DNA of 34,699 nt from Candidatus Micrarchaeota archaeon (GTDB lineage Archaea; Micrarchaeota; Micrarchaeia; Micrarchaeales; CABMGC01), in the NCBI GenBank assembly GCA_028866975.1, contig JAGWHG010000002.1:1-34699 (forward strand), written 5' to 3'. Shown here piece by piece: positions 1 through 8,581 of this stretch. Within the stretch, counting starts at the first letter, position 1, and the number at the start of each line of letters is the position of its first letter. The position numbers were made by a program, and so were the translations under genes. The notes below the pieces were generated by a model, which was given only the letters and a program-made list of their open reading frames with translations, was not told the DNA's origin and did no database searches.

Positions 1-359
1 TGAAGATAAGTGATTTGAAGGCAGGAGCCACAAACGTAACCATAGAGGCTACGGTTGCGTCTAAGCAGGAACCAAGGGAAGTGGTTACAAAGTACGGAAA
101 GAGACTAAATGTTGCAAACATTACGCTAAAGGACGATTCAGGAAGCATTGCGATGTCCCTTTGGGGCAACGATGCCATGAACATCAACGAAGGCGACGTG
201 ATCAAGGTCACCAACGGCTACGTCAGCGAGTTCAGGGGATCGCCACAGCTGTCCGCAGGCAAGTTCGGCAAGATCGAAGTTGTCGGCAAGAGCGAGGGCA
301 AGGCTGCAGCAAAAGAGGAGGAAGACAATTTTGACGACATTGAAGAAGGCGAGATGTAA
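1..359 (+). CDS. Single OB-fold ssDNA-binding protein (short archaeal SSB/RPA-like) with acidic C-terminal tail; 5' end clipped by about 1 nt at the window edge
   Basis: The frame is open from the window edge. Bases 1-2 (TG) look like the end of an ATG, giving MKISDLKAG... There is one OB-fold-like core (DDSGSIAMSLWG...GDVIKVTNGYVSEFRGSPQLS) followed by the Asp/Glu-rich tail EEEDNFDDIEEGEM. Confidence 0.65.
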   Translation, partial: KISDLKAGATNVTIEATVASKQEPREVVTKYGKRLNVANITLKDDSGSIAMSLWGNDAMNINEGDVIKVTNGYVSEFRGSPQLSAGKFGKIEVVGKSEGKAAAKEEEDNFDDIEEGEM

Positions 360-826
360 TGGTCCTTGCAGAAGGAACGACTGCGCCTGATTTCAAGTTG
401 ATGGGAACCGATAACAAAGCACACTCACTGAGCGAGTTCCGCGGAAAGAGGGTGGTTCTCTATTTTTATCCCAAGGATGATACGCCAGGCTGCACAAAGG
501 AGGCGTGCGCGTTTAGGGACGCTATGGGCGAGATAAGGGAAACTGACACCGAGGTTCTTGGAGTGAGCAAGGACAATGTTATGTCTCATGTAAAGTTTAC
601 AAATAAGTACAACCTGAATTTCATGCTGCTTGCGGACATGACAGGAAAGGTGCACGAAGAATACGGCGTCGTTGGAAAGAAGAGCATGTGGGGCAAGAGC
701 TTTTTGGGAACTGTCAGGTCAACTTTCCTAATCGATCGGCATGGCAAGATAGCAAAGGTCTTCTCGCCAGTCAAGGTCGAGGGCCATCGCGAGGAAGTGA
801 TGGAAGCGCTCAAGAGCGTCAACTAA
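359..826 (+). CDS. bcp: Thiol peroxidase / peroxiredoxin, BCP (PrxQ) family
   Basis: 155 aa with the signature YPKDDTPGCTKEAC, which places the peroxidatic and resolving Cys 5 residues apart. The ATG overlaps the upstream stop (TAATG at 357-361), which suggests translational coupling. Confidence 0.85.
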   Translation: MVLAEGTTAPDFKLMGTDNKAHSLSEFRGKRVVLYFYPKDDTPGCTKEACAFRDAMGEIRETDTEVLGVSKDNVMSHVKFTNKYNLNFMLLADMTGKVHEEYGVVGKKSMWGKSFLGTVRSTFLIDRHGKIAKVFSPVKVEGHREEVMEALKSVN

Positions 827-837
827 GTTACTGGCGA

Positions 838-843
838 TTTTTT
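838..843 (+). terminator. Oligo-T run (T6) 12 nt after the bcp stop; candidate archaeal terminator
   Basis: The sequence gcgaTTTTTTag lies in the 22-nt spacer between convergent genes. Confidence 0.3.
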
Positions 844-848
844 AGCTT

Positions 849-1733
849 TTAAAGCGGTTCTAAAGCCACAGCATCTGGGTCTGGCTCCTGAAGTAGCGCG
901 TATATTTGCTTTGGTAGCGATTTTTCATCGGCTCTGATTGGTCTTGCAGCCTCTTTTAATCTCCTAGACCCCCAATCCAGCGCGTATTCTTTGTTTATCG
1001 CAGTGAGCCTCTTTTCATCTAGCTTGTGTATTGAGAGATATGCACCGATCAGCTCGGTGTCATCAGACATGGAGTGGAATCGTATTCCAAGGCTTTCGAA
1101 GAGTTCGCTGCTGGTCAGTGCTTTGTTGTATCCAATCCTTGGGCGCGAGTGCTCTTTGAAGATGTTCTTCAATTCGTTAATCTTCTCCTGGTCGTCTAAC
1201 CCCGGCATTGGTGTGAGCCCGTTCCTCTTAGTCAGGCATACGACATCGGTAACGTCTATTCCTTTCTCTCTGAGCTTTGCGACAAGCCTTGCTGTTGAAA
1301 AGCCCGTGGTTATGGTGTTGTCCAACACTATTGCCTTCTGCGGCTTTTTCGCATACTTGCCTTCAGAATCAAGCGCAAGGCCCGGAAGCATTCCGACTTC
1401 CATGTGGCTCTTTTCCGCAATTAGGAATGGATGATCAAGAGGCTTCATTTCCGGATGCCTGCGCATGAGTTCCTTTTGTGTTTCTATCCCCAAATCCCTG
1501 GCGCTGTTTGGGACCCCGATGACGCATTGTGGCGCGATGCGCCTGCTTTCAATGAAGCTTGCGACATGCCCCGCAACGATCTTAACTCCGATCTCGTCGT
1601 TGGTAAGTGGCCGCCAATCGAAATAGATGTTCGATTTGCCATCGTTGCTCAGCTGCTTTGGGACATCAGATACATTGACCACCCTGGCTCTGATTGCAAG
1701 GCTCTTGAACTTCTTGCGGCTGAACTCCCCCAT
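849..1733 (-). CDS. Type I phosphoribosyltransferase-fold protein with variant PRPP loop and a roughly 100-aa C-terminal extension
   Basis: 294 aa with an ATG start. It has a PRT-like hood/flexible region (CVIGVPNSARDLG) and the PRPP-loop-like AIVLDNTITTGFS, where Asp-Asn replaces the usual acidic pair. The C-terminal third shows no similarity I recognise. Confidence 0.5.
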   Translation of the reverse strand: MGEFSRKKFKSLAIRARVVNVSDVPKQLSNDGKSNIYFDWRPLTNDEIGVKIVAGHVASFIESRRIAPQCVIGVPNSARDLGIETQKELMRRHPEMKPLDHPFLIAEKSHMEVGMLPGLALDSEGKYAKKPQKAIVLDNTITTGFSTARLVAKLREKGIDVTDVVCLTKRNGLTPMPGLDDQEKINELKNIFKEHSRPRIGYNKALTSSELFESLGIRFHSMSDDTELIGAYLSIHKLDEKRLTAINKEYALDWGSRRLKEAARPIRADEKSLPKQIYALLQEPDPDAVALEPL

Positions 1734-1775
1734 GGCCCTTCGATACTACTCCTTTTCCCAGATACTTATACTTTT

Positions 1776-3035
1776 CTAGAAATCGATCTTTACCTTTTCG
1801 CCGATCTTCGGGGCGATTGCATCGAAACCCTCAAGCTTGAGCGCTTCTGAGAGGGCGGTGACGTTTCCTTCGTCGCCGTGCACGCATATCACCTTCTCAG
1901 GCGAGCTCTTCCTTACGTACTCATATATGTCCTCCTTGCTTGCGTGCGCCGAAAAATCATAGTAGGCCGACGGCGTATCTATGCGATGTTTCCTCTCATC
2001 GATCTCCAGCGGCTCGTGGTTGAGAAGTTTTCGGCCGTTTGTTCCCTCCACCTGATAGCCTGTCAGCAGGATCTTTGAGTTGTGATTTAACCTCGTTATG
2101 TAGTAGAGCACAGGCCCGCCGTTGAGCATGCCTGCGGTCGTAACAATTACAGACGGAGACTCCAGGGCCGCGTTCCTGTGATGATGCTCATCGATCCAGT
2201 TCACGTTATTCATCGCGCTGAGCAGCAGCTCGCGATTGCGGGTGAACTCTGGATGCCTCATGACAATCTCTGCCGCCTTCTTGGCCATGCCATCCATGTA
2301 GGTCCGATCTATCAGATTGTGTTTGTAGAGTATCGCGACTATCTCCTGCGCCCTTCCGACCGCAAAGCACGGCACCAGCACCGTGCCGCCGCTCTCGAGG
2401 GTCGCCTTAACGTCCTCTACGAAATCTTTGATGAGTTTCTCCCTGTCAGGGTGCGAGCGCGTTGCATACGTTGATTCTATCATCAGTATGTCGCTCTTGA
2501 TGATGTCTGCGCTTCCCTGCAAAACCTGCGGGTCTATCTTGAAGTCGCCGGTGTACACCAGTCTCCTATCCGTGCTCCTCTTCTCAATTAAGGTGACAGC
2601 GCTTCCGCTTACGTGGCCGGCGTCGTAGAGCGTCATTGCATAGTCGGAAAAATCGATCTCGGCGTTGTATTCATAGGAGACGTATTTCCTAAGATACGTC
2701 TTGATCTGCTGCTTTGAGAACTTTGGCCTTACTCCCTGTTTCTTTTGTATGCTAAGCGAGTCTTCGAGCAGCAGCTCGCTGAGCTCGAGAGTAGGCTGAG
2801 TGCCGAACGCTACAGGAAGATGCTGGTCATAGAGCATCGGCAGGGCGCCGGTGTGGTCGAAATGCGCGTGGCTAACAACTACAGCGTCAACCCTTCCCGG
2901 TACCAATGGGTACTCTAAGCGGTCGCCGTTCTTTACTCCATAATCAAGAAGGATGTTCTTTCCGTCCTTGAGAAGGAATGCAGACCTGCCGACTTCGCCT
3001 GAGCCGCCCAGAAACTGTATTTCCACTTCGCTCAC
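1776..3035 (-). CDS. Metallo-beta-lactamase / beta-CASP ribonuclease (aCPSF2-like, no KH domains)
   Basis: 419 aa with a GTG start. Motifs seen: HAHFDH, YDAGHVSGSA, and C-terminal beta-CASP/MBL motifs (ESTYATRSHP, CVHGDE). Confidence 0.8.
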   Translation of the reverse strand: MSEVEIQFLGGSGEVGRSAFLLKDGKNILLDYGVKNGDRLEYPLVPGRVDAVVVSHAHFDHTGALPMLYDQHLPVAFGTQPTLELSELLLEDSLSIQKKQGVRPKFSKQQIKTYLRKYVSYEYNAEIDFSDYAMTLYDAGHVSGSAVTLIEKRSTDRRLVYTGDFKIDPQVLQGSADIIKSDILMIESTYATRSHPDREKLIKDFVEDVKATLESGGTVLVPCFAVGRAQEIVAILYKHNLIDRTYMDGMAKKAAEIVMRHPEFTRNRELLLSAMNNVNWIDEHHHRNAALESPSVIVTTAGMLNGGPVLYYITRLNHNSKILLTGYQVEGTNGRKLLNHEPLEIDERKHRIDTPSAYYDFSAHASKEDIYEYVRKSSPEKVICVHGDEGNVTALSEALKLEGFDAIAPKIGEKVKIDF

Positions 3036-3061
3036 GTAGCTTGCTAAACTTACTGGATGCC

Positions 3062-3074
3062 TTTTAATTATTTA
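3062..3074. promoter_or_regulatory. Shared AT-rich TATA-like block in a divergent 76-nt spacer
   Basis: TTTTAATTATTTA lies about 30 nt from the GTG at 3035 (minus strand) and about 44 nt from the ATG at 3112 (plus strand). Confidence 0.4.
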
Positions 3075-3111
3075 CTTGTCAATATCTTTAGCTCTTGCCT
3101 TTGGCGATATA

Positions 3112-3735
3112 ATGGCGGTAGAGGACATAAACTTTTTGGACGTTGCATGCTTGATAAGGGTTGGTAACGGCACTGTTATAGAGAAGTTCGGCAGCTTGAT
3201 AAACACCAGCTTCTTCGACGCGTCGACTATTGCAGGGACGCTCAAGCAGAAGGGGCTTGTGGAGTTCACAAGCGATTTCCCAGGACCCAACAGCATGACA
3301 GTCTCTCAGCAGGGCAAGGCGCTGATTTCGGAGGCAGAATCCAAGAGCACAGAGCCGACTGACCAGCTAGACTCTGCCATACTCACTCAGCTCTCCGGCG
3401 GCAAGCGCCTTCCGATCGAGCTCTCGAAATCCCTCAACATAAGGGACAGGGACCTGGCGCTGAGGCTGTATAAGCTTTACAAGCAGAACCTGATAATATA
3501 CGACGTCAAGAATGGCGGCGTTGAGCTGCTCTTGACAGAGGCGGGATTCCTCAAGATGAAGAATCTTTTGCCTTCGAGTGCGCAAAATATCGGGCAGACG
3601 CAGCAGGCGGTGGCTGCAAACGCTGCGCAGGCTAGTGCAAATATGCCGAAAATGGGGAAGCGGGGGATGGTTTTGGCCATGGCAGTAGTAGCGGTTGTGG
3701 TCGCTGCAGTATTGCTTAATATGTTCGGATTATAG
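3112..3735 (+). CDS. Hypothetical tail-anchored protein with two winged-helix-like segments and a C-terminal TM helix
   Basis: The ORF is open from 3076 (TTG). I prefer the ATG at 3112 (MAVEDINF...). There are two MarR/ArsR-like segments (...GTLKQKGLVEF...; ...LSKSLNIRDRDLALRLYKLYKQNLIIYDV...), a Gln/Ala-rich linker and a terminal hydrophobic helix (MVLAMAVVAVVVAAVLLNMF). Confidence 0.45.
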   Translation: MAVEDINFLDVACLIRVGNGTVIEKFGSLINTSFFDASTIAGTLKQKGLVEFTSDFPGPNSMTVSQQGKALISEAESKSTEPTDQLDSAILTQLSGGKRLPIELSKSLNIRDRDLALRLYKLYKQNLIIYDVKNGGVELLLTEAGFLKMKNLLPSSAQNIGQTQQAVAANAAQASANMPKMGKRGMVLAMAVVAVVVAAVLLNMFGL

Positions 3736-3745
3736 GGGAGCGCAA

Positions 3746-4360
3746 ATGGAACTGATGGAGTATTCCGCTGCCGCCAGGCTCATAAGTTCATACGGAATAC
3801 GAAGCGTTGAGAGCAGATACGTAAAGAATGCCGATGACGCCATTAACTTTGCGGGAAAGCAGGGCATTGTGCTCAAGGCGATCTCCAAAAAGGCGCTCCA
3901 CAAGTCAAAGGCGGGGCTGATTAAGCTTGGGCTTCGCACGCCAGATGACATAAGCGCTGCATTCGCCGATCTTTCTAAGAGGGCGAAGAAGTTCGCCCCA
4001 TACAAAATCCTCGCCCAGAAAATGGCAGAAAGCGGAGTTGAGATAATAGTCGGTGGGAGAGAGGACCCACAATTTGGAAAACTTGTGCTGGTTGGGCTTG
4101 GGGGCATCTATGTGGAGGCTTTTCGCGACTTTGCATTGCGCGTCTGCCCTATATCGAGATTCGATGCAAAGCAGATGATACAGCAGCTAAAATCCCGTGA
4201 TGTTGTGACTTTCCACGGCAAGAAGGAGAAGATGATCGAGGATTTGCTGATGAATGCGTCAAAGCTGCTGTCTGAAAATAAGATGTCAGAACTGGACCTC
4301 AACCCAGTCATAGTCAGGAACGACGGTTACGATGTAGTTGATATTAGGATACTAAGGTGA
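3746..4360 (+). CDS. acdB: Acetyl-CoA synthetase (ADP-forming), beta subunit (ATP-grasp domain)
   Basis: The pattern matches ACD-beta throughout (EYSAAARLISSYGI..., GIVLKAISKKALHKSKAGLIKLGL, EIIVGGREDPQFGKLVLVGLGGIYVEAFRD, ELDLNPVIV). I chose the ATG at 3746, preceded by GGGGAG, rather than the ORF-track start at 3695, which overlaps the upstream gene. Confidence 0.85.
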   Translation: MELMEYSAAARLISSYGIRSVESRYVKNADDAINFAGKQGIVLKAISKKALHKSKAGLIKLGLRTPDDISAAFADLSKRAKKFAPYKILAQKMAESGVEIIVGGREDPQFGKLVLVGLGGIYVEAFRDFALRVCPISRFDAKQMIQQLKSRDVVTFHGKKEKMIEDLLMNASKLLSENKMSELDLNPVIVRNDGYDVVDIRILR

Positions 4361-4361
4361 T

Positions 4362-5750
4362 TTGTTGCGCACTTACAAAGATCTAAGACCGATGCTCAAG
4401 CCAGAAAGCGTTGCAATAATCGGCGCATCGAACACGCCGGGCAAGGTCGGCTACATCATTCTCAAGAACTACCTCGAAGAGGAGTACCGCGGCAGGATCT
4501 ATCCGATAAACATCAACGACGAAACGATACAGGGGCTGCGTGCATACAAGAGCATAAGGGACGTTGGGGAGAGGGTGGACCTTGCTGTTATAGCGATTCC
4601 TGCGATGGCTGTGCCTGCGGTACTTGAGGAGTGCGGAAAGGCTAAGGTAAGGAGCGTTGTGGTGATAAGCGGCGGCTTTTCAGAGGTAGGAAATACCGCT
4701 TTGCAAAACAAGTTGGTATCTATCGCAAAGAAGTACAAGATGCCGACTCTTGGCCCAAACTGCCTGGGTGTGATGGATCCGCGCTCTAGGATAGACACGA
4801 TGTTCCTTCCCGAAAATAAGCTCAGCAAGCCCAAGATAGGAGGGGTGAGTTTTGTCTCGCAGAGCGGGGCTGTTGGGAGCACAGTGCTTGACCTGATCGC
4901 AAAGGAAGGCATAGGGCTATCGAAGTTTATCTCGTATGGAAATGCCGCGGACGTCGATGAAGTAGACATAATGGAATACCTCCTAAAAGACGAGGAAACG
5001 AAGGTGATTATAGTTTATATTGAAGGCGCAAAGCGCGGCAAGGAGTTTCTTGAGGTGGGCAAAAAGGTTGCGAAAAAGAAGCCTGTCGTCATAATAAAAG
5101 GCGGCACTACAGCTGCGGGAGCTGTTGCTGCACATTCGCATACTGCATCGCTTGCAGGCAGCAACGAGGCCTACGATGCGGTGTTTAGGCAATGTGGCTT
5201 TTCGATCGCTAAAGATCTAGATGACCTTCTTTACTTCGGGAAGGCGTTCGCCACGGAGCCCGAGCCCAAGGGAAATCGTGTGATGGTGATAACTAATGGT
5301 GGAGGCACCGGGGTCCTCACTACCGACGCAGTGAACAACGCGGGGCTTAAGATGGCGGCGATGAGTGCGCAGTCGCAAAAGGAACTGCGGAAGGCAATGC
5401 CGATGACAGTCAACATAAGAAATCCGCTTGATCTTGTTGGCGATGCGGACGAGAAGAGGTACAGGGACGCTCTGTCGGCTATATCAAACGACAAGGACAT
5501 CGACATGCTTATCGTTATCGCGCTCTTCCAAACCCCGGGGGCAGACGAAAACCTTGCGGCAGCCTTAGTCGATTTCAAACGCAACAGCAAAAAGCCGATG
5601 ATTGTGATAAGCGCCGGATCGCAGTATACCGAGGAGAGAAAGATTATGATGGAGGACGAGGGCCTGCCGGTTTATGATTCACCTGCGGCGGCGGCAAATT
5701 CCCTTGCGGAGTTGTTGAAGTACTCCAAATTCAGGAAGGGAATCGTATAA
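4362..5750 (+). CDS. acdA: Acetyl-CoA synthetase (ADP-forming), alpha subunit (CoA-binding and CoA-ligase domains)
   Basis: Motifs seen: PESVAIIGASNTPGKVG, LGPNCLGV, SFVSQSGAVG, and the phosphohistidine motif AAHSHTASLAGS. A TTG start lies 1 nt after the acdB stop. The ATG at 4392 is an alternative start. Confidence 0.9.
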   Translation: MLRTYKDLRPMLKPESVAIIGASNTPGKVGYIILKNYLEEEYRGRIYPININDETIQGLRAYKSIRDVGERVDLAVIAIPAMAVPAVLEECGKAKVRSVVVISGGFSEVGNTALQNKLVSIAKKYKMPTLGPNCLGVMDPRSRIDTMFLPENKLSKPKIGGVSFVSQSGAVGSTVLDLIAKEGIGLSKFISYGNAADVDEVDIMEYLLKDEETKVIIVYIEGAKRGKEFLEVGKKVAKKKPVVIIKGGTTAAGAVAAHSHTASLAGSNEAYDAVFRQCGFSIAKDLDDLLYFGKAFATEPEPKGNRVMVITNGGGTGVLTTDAVNNAGLKMAAMSAQSQKELRKAMPMTVNIRNPLDLVGDADEKRYRDALSAISNDKDIDMLIVIALFQTPGADENLAAALVDFKRNSKKPMIVISAGSQYTEERKIMMEDEGLPVYDSPAAAANSLAELLKYSKFRKGIV

Positions 5751-5759
5751 TACTTTTTG

Positions 5760-6962
5760 CTATTGTGCAAAAAGCGTTTCCATCGCCTCGCTTATTATCT
5801 TGTCCTTCTTCTGGTCGGAACTTAGCAGGTCGAAAAGCTCTGATGGGCTCTTTTTCATGCCATAGCCGCTCTTCTTGAGCTGCTCGATGAAGATGCTCAG
5901 GCCGTAGTCGCGCACAGACACGCTCTCCACTGAACCTTTACGAAGAGATTCTATTTCTGATTCTGTTTCTTTGTCATCTATTTTGCCCTTGCTTACTTCC
6001 AAAATCGCCTTTTCCTTGTATCTTTTCAGGGTGTCTGATAGGTCGATGTCGGCTTGCTTGTAACCTTCCTTCATCTCCCCCTCCAAAATTATTCTGATTA
6101 TCGGCTTTTCCTTCGACTTTGCAAGTATCTTGTCTATGTGCTTTGACACTTCCTGCTCTATTTCTGTGATTCGCTTGCCATCGACCTTAACACTCTCTAC
6201 GTAGAATTCCCGCGAGTTTATGCGGATGAATTCGTAGGCATTTGTTTTTGTGTCGAATACAAAGAAACCTTTTCCCTCCTGCTCGCCGTCCTTTAGCTGC
6301 GTCAGCACCGTGCTTCCGGGTATCAGGAAGGGTTTTCCGTGGACCTTATCGATTACCTTGTTGTGTATGTGGCCATCGACATAGAGGTCAAAGCCCTTTG
6401 GCAGGTCATCAAAGGTGATGAAATCCTTGCTGAATGGCAAGAGTTCGTGCGTCGATTGATGGAACATGAATATGTTGAAGGCGCCGTCCACAGGCTTTGG
6501 GCCAAGCTGCGCCAAAACCTCCTTTACTTTCTCCTCGGAAAGTCCACCAAGCCCGAAAACTGCGACGCGCTCCCCGCCTTTTTCGACCTCTGCTGTGGAA
6601 TCGCTGACATCGACGAGCAGGCCCGCGAGGCTGAGCAGCTCTACTGAATTGCCTGCTCCCTGTGCCCGCCTCTCGTGAGTGCCGGGTATCACAATTATTG
6701 GTATGTCTGTATGGATCATCCTTGCGCCGCTGTACGACACTACCCTTGCTTTCCACTGGCGCTTTGCAAGATTTCTAAATATGTTGACCCCGTGTGCAAG
6801 TACCTCAAGCCTTGGATTCCTGACATCAAACACGTCTCCTGGGATTATTATCATGTCTGAAAGCTCTGCGGCTTTTGCTAGCGCCTCCTCGGCCTGGACA
6901 TAGGAGTCTTCTGCGAATCTCTCATAGCCTAGATGCAGATCCGAAACGATTGCTACCTTCAT
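5760..6962 (-). CDS. mre11: Mre11-type DNA repair nuclease (calcineurin-like phosphoesterase)
   Basis: 400 aa. Phosphoesterase motifs in order: I SDLHLG, II PGDVFD, III PGTHE (Thr where GNHD/E is usual), IV MFHQS, V DGHIH. The charged C-terminal half is helical, as in archaeal Mre11. Confidence 0.7.
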   Translation of the reverse strand: MKVAIVSDLHLGYERFAEDSYVQAEEALAKAAELSDMIIIPGDVFDVRNPRLEVLAHGVNIFRNLAKRQWKARVVSYSGARMIHTDIPIIVIPGTHERRAQGAGNSVELLSLAGLLVDVSDSTAEVEKGGERVAVFGLGGLSEEKVKEVLAQLGPKPVDGAFNIFMFHQSTHELLPFSKDFITFDDLPKGFDLYVDGHIHNKVIDKVHGKPFLIPGSTVLTQLKDGEQEGKGFFVFDTKTNAYEFIRINSREFYVESVKVDGKRITEIEQEVSKHIDKILAKSKEKPIIRIILEGEMKEGYKQADIDLSDTLKRYKEKAILEVSKGKIDDKETESEIESLRKGSVESVSVRDYGLSIFIEQLKKSGYGMKKSPSELFDLLSSDQKKDKIISEAMETLFAQ

Positions 6963-6966
6963 AGGA

Positions 6967-7956
6967 TCACTCTGAGAGTTTCTGCTTTACCTGGGATATC
7001 AGCCTGTCAGTCGCTTTTTTAGACATCTCCTTTTTCGGACCATACGCGCCCGCAGCTGCGGCGTGGCCCCCGCCGTTCCCGCCGATGATGTCCCCTATCT
7101 CCCACATCATCCTGCCGAGATGTATCTGGAGATGCTTTTCAAGCGGCGGCCTGATTCTTGCGGAGATTGACACCTCCTTTTTGCCGATGGCCCAAAAGAC
7201 CGATGCGTCCGCACCTACATTTATGGCAGTTTCTGCCGCCACGTTTGCATGGAGTGATGTTTCCCCGTATGCTATCAGGTACTTGCCAACTGCCTCCTTG
7301 CGTGCGGAGCACAGGTCCGAGATTGCAGAAAGCCTGTTCTCCGGCGGCGGGCTCTCGTCAAAATTCATCATGAAAGTCGAGTAGCTTATGCCGGAATTTT
7401 CAAGCAGCATTGCGACCTGCTTGAATGTCTCTGCGTGCATGTTGTGGAACTCTGCAGAGTCTGCGACTATTCCGTTGAGCAGTGAGAGCGATGCGTCCCT
7501 GCCGAGCTTCACTCCGAGGCTGTGCAGCAGGTTCGTAATTAGGCTTGATGTGGAATTGTATCGCTCGTCGATGAACATTGTTGCCTTGCTTGCATCGGGT
7601 TTGGCCGATTCGTGGTGGTCGATGAACACAACGGGCTTTTTTGATTTGCCGATCTCCTTCTCGAACTTTCCCGTAGCTACGGGAGTGTTTGCATCGAGAA
7701 CTATTATGCCGAATACGTCCTTGGGTATTTTTGTGATGATTTGCGGCGCATTGTGCAACGACGCCAGCAGGCGCTTTGATGTGCTGGTTATGAAATCCGG
7801 AGTGGCGATTACCGACCTCGAGAGGTATGATTGCAGGGCTACGGCGGCTCCGACGCTGTCGCGGTCGCCCATCGAGTGGAAAGTTATCAAAAACTTCTGG
7901 TCCTTGTTAAGTATGAGAAAATTCAGAAGTTCGTTGAAGCTTATTTTCTCGGCCAC
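6967..7956 (-). CDS. DHH/DHHA1 family phosphoesterase (NrnA / RecJ-like)
   Basis: 329 aa with a GTG start. Motifs seen: GDRDSVGAA, VLDANT, FIDHHES, GIVADSAEF and the DHHA1 motif GGGHAAAAGA. A 4-nt gap separates it from mre11. Confidence 0.8.
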   Translation of the reverse strand: MAEKISFNELLNFLILNKDQKFLITFHSMGDRDSVGAAVALQSYLSRSVIATPDFITSTSKRLLASLHNAPQIITKIPKDVFGIIVLDANTPVATGKFEKEIGKSKKPVVFIDHHESAKPDASKATMFIDERYNSTSSLITNLLHSLGVKLGRDASLSLLNGIVADSAEFHNMHAETFKQVAMLLENSGISYSTFMMNFDESPPPENRLSAISDLCSARKEAVGKYLIAYGETSLHANVAAETAINVGADASVFWAIGKKEVSISARIRPPLEKHLQIHLGRMMWEIGDIIGGNGGGHAAAAGAYGPKKEMSKKATDRLISQVKQKLSE

Positions 7957-7960
7957 GCGC

Positions 7961-8320
7961 TCACTGCTGCATGGAATTGGATACCTGCGTAAGCTTTTCC
8001 CTTAGCTGCTTTTCCTTTGCCTTAAGGTCGCTAAGCTGCTTGTTCATTGACTGCATGCGCACTTCGCTCGTCTCTGACCTCTCGCCTATGGTTTTGAGGG
8101 CGGTGTCCTTGGTGGTTTCCACTATGACGCCGCCGACGGTTATGTATACCTTGCCGGTGGACTTGCCGACCTCGTCCTTTGCGGTTTCGAGCTCGTTCTT
8201 TTGCACCTGCAACTGTTCCGACTGCAGGCTAAAGGCCCTTATCTGCTCCTGCACCAGCTGGTAGTCGCGCAGCATCTTCTCTATTTCCTGTTGTGATGGT
8301 TTTGGTGTTTGCTCTGGCAT
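7961..8320 (-). CDS. pfdB: Prefoldin beta subunit
   Basis: 119 aa with a coiled-coil / beta-hairpin / coiled-coil layout (LQVQKNELETAKDEV...GKVYITVGGVIVE...LKAKEKQLREKL), typical of archaeal prefoldin beta. Confidence 0.8.
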   Translation of the reverse strand: MPEQTPKPSQQEIEKMLRDYQLVQEQIRAFSLQSEQLQVQKNELETAKDEVGKSTGKVYITVGGVIVETTKDTALKTIGERSETSEVRMQSMNKQLSDLKAKEKQLREKLTQVSNSMQQ

Positions 8321-8356
8321 AAAAACACTTATTATTGGGAGGAAAGCAATATACTT

Positions 8357-8581
8357 CTATCCTTTCTCGCTCTTCATCTCCTCAACGACCACGTCAGAGG
8401 AGTCCGTGTCCTTGAATAAATCGCTTATCAGGTTCTCTATTCCAAATTTCATCAGCTTGGCCTGGTACTTTGACAAAAAGACCTTCCTGCCAGCGACGTC
8501 CTTTATTATCACTGCACCGCTATCATCAATGGTAACGTAGATCGTCTCCTTGCTGTCATGGATTTTGTAGTATCTGGGCAT
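8357..8581 (-). CDS. Hypothetical small protein (74 aa) with acidic tail
   Basis: ORF only; I recognise no family. Its start overlaps the end of the upstream ORF by 26 nt. Confidence 0.4.
   Translation of the reverse strand: MPRYYKIHDSKETIYVTIDDSGAVIIKDVAGRKVFLSKYQAKLMKFGIENLISDLFKDTDSSDVVVEEMKSEKG

Noticed and set aside
3695-3745. N-terminal extensions in the ORF track. They affect 3695 (acdB), 3076, 21108 (GINS-like), 22697 (PAC2), 23611 and 31433 (paralog A, which overlaps tRNA-Glu).
   Set aside because: The extensions overlap upstream genes or a tRNA, or run through AT-rich promoter-like spacer. They add residues outside the conserved family cores. Downstream ATG or GTG codons with SD-like motifs fit better.
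8556-8581. The 26-nt overlap between the 149/128-aa ORF and the 74-aa ORF, considered as a possible programmed frameshift or a sequencing frameshift that split one gene.
   Set aside because: There is no slippery heptamer or obvious pseudoknot, and neither part has a recognisable family that would be completed by fusion. I treat them as two overlapping genes.
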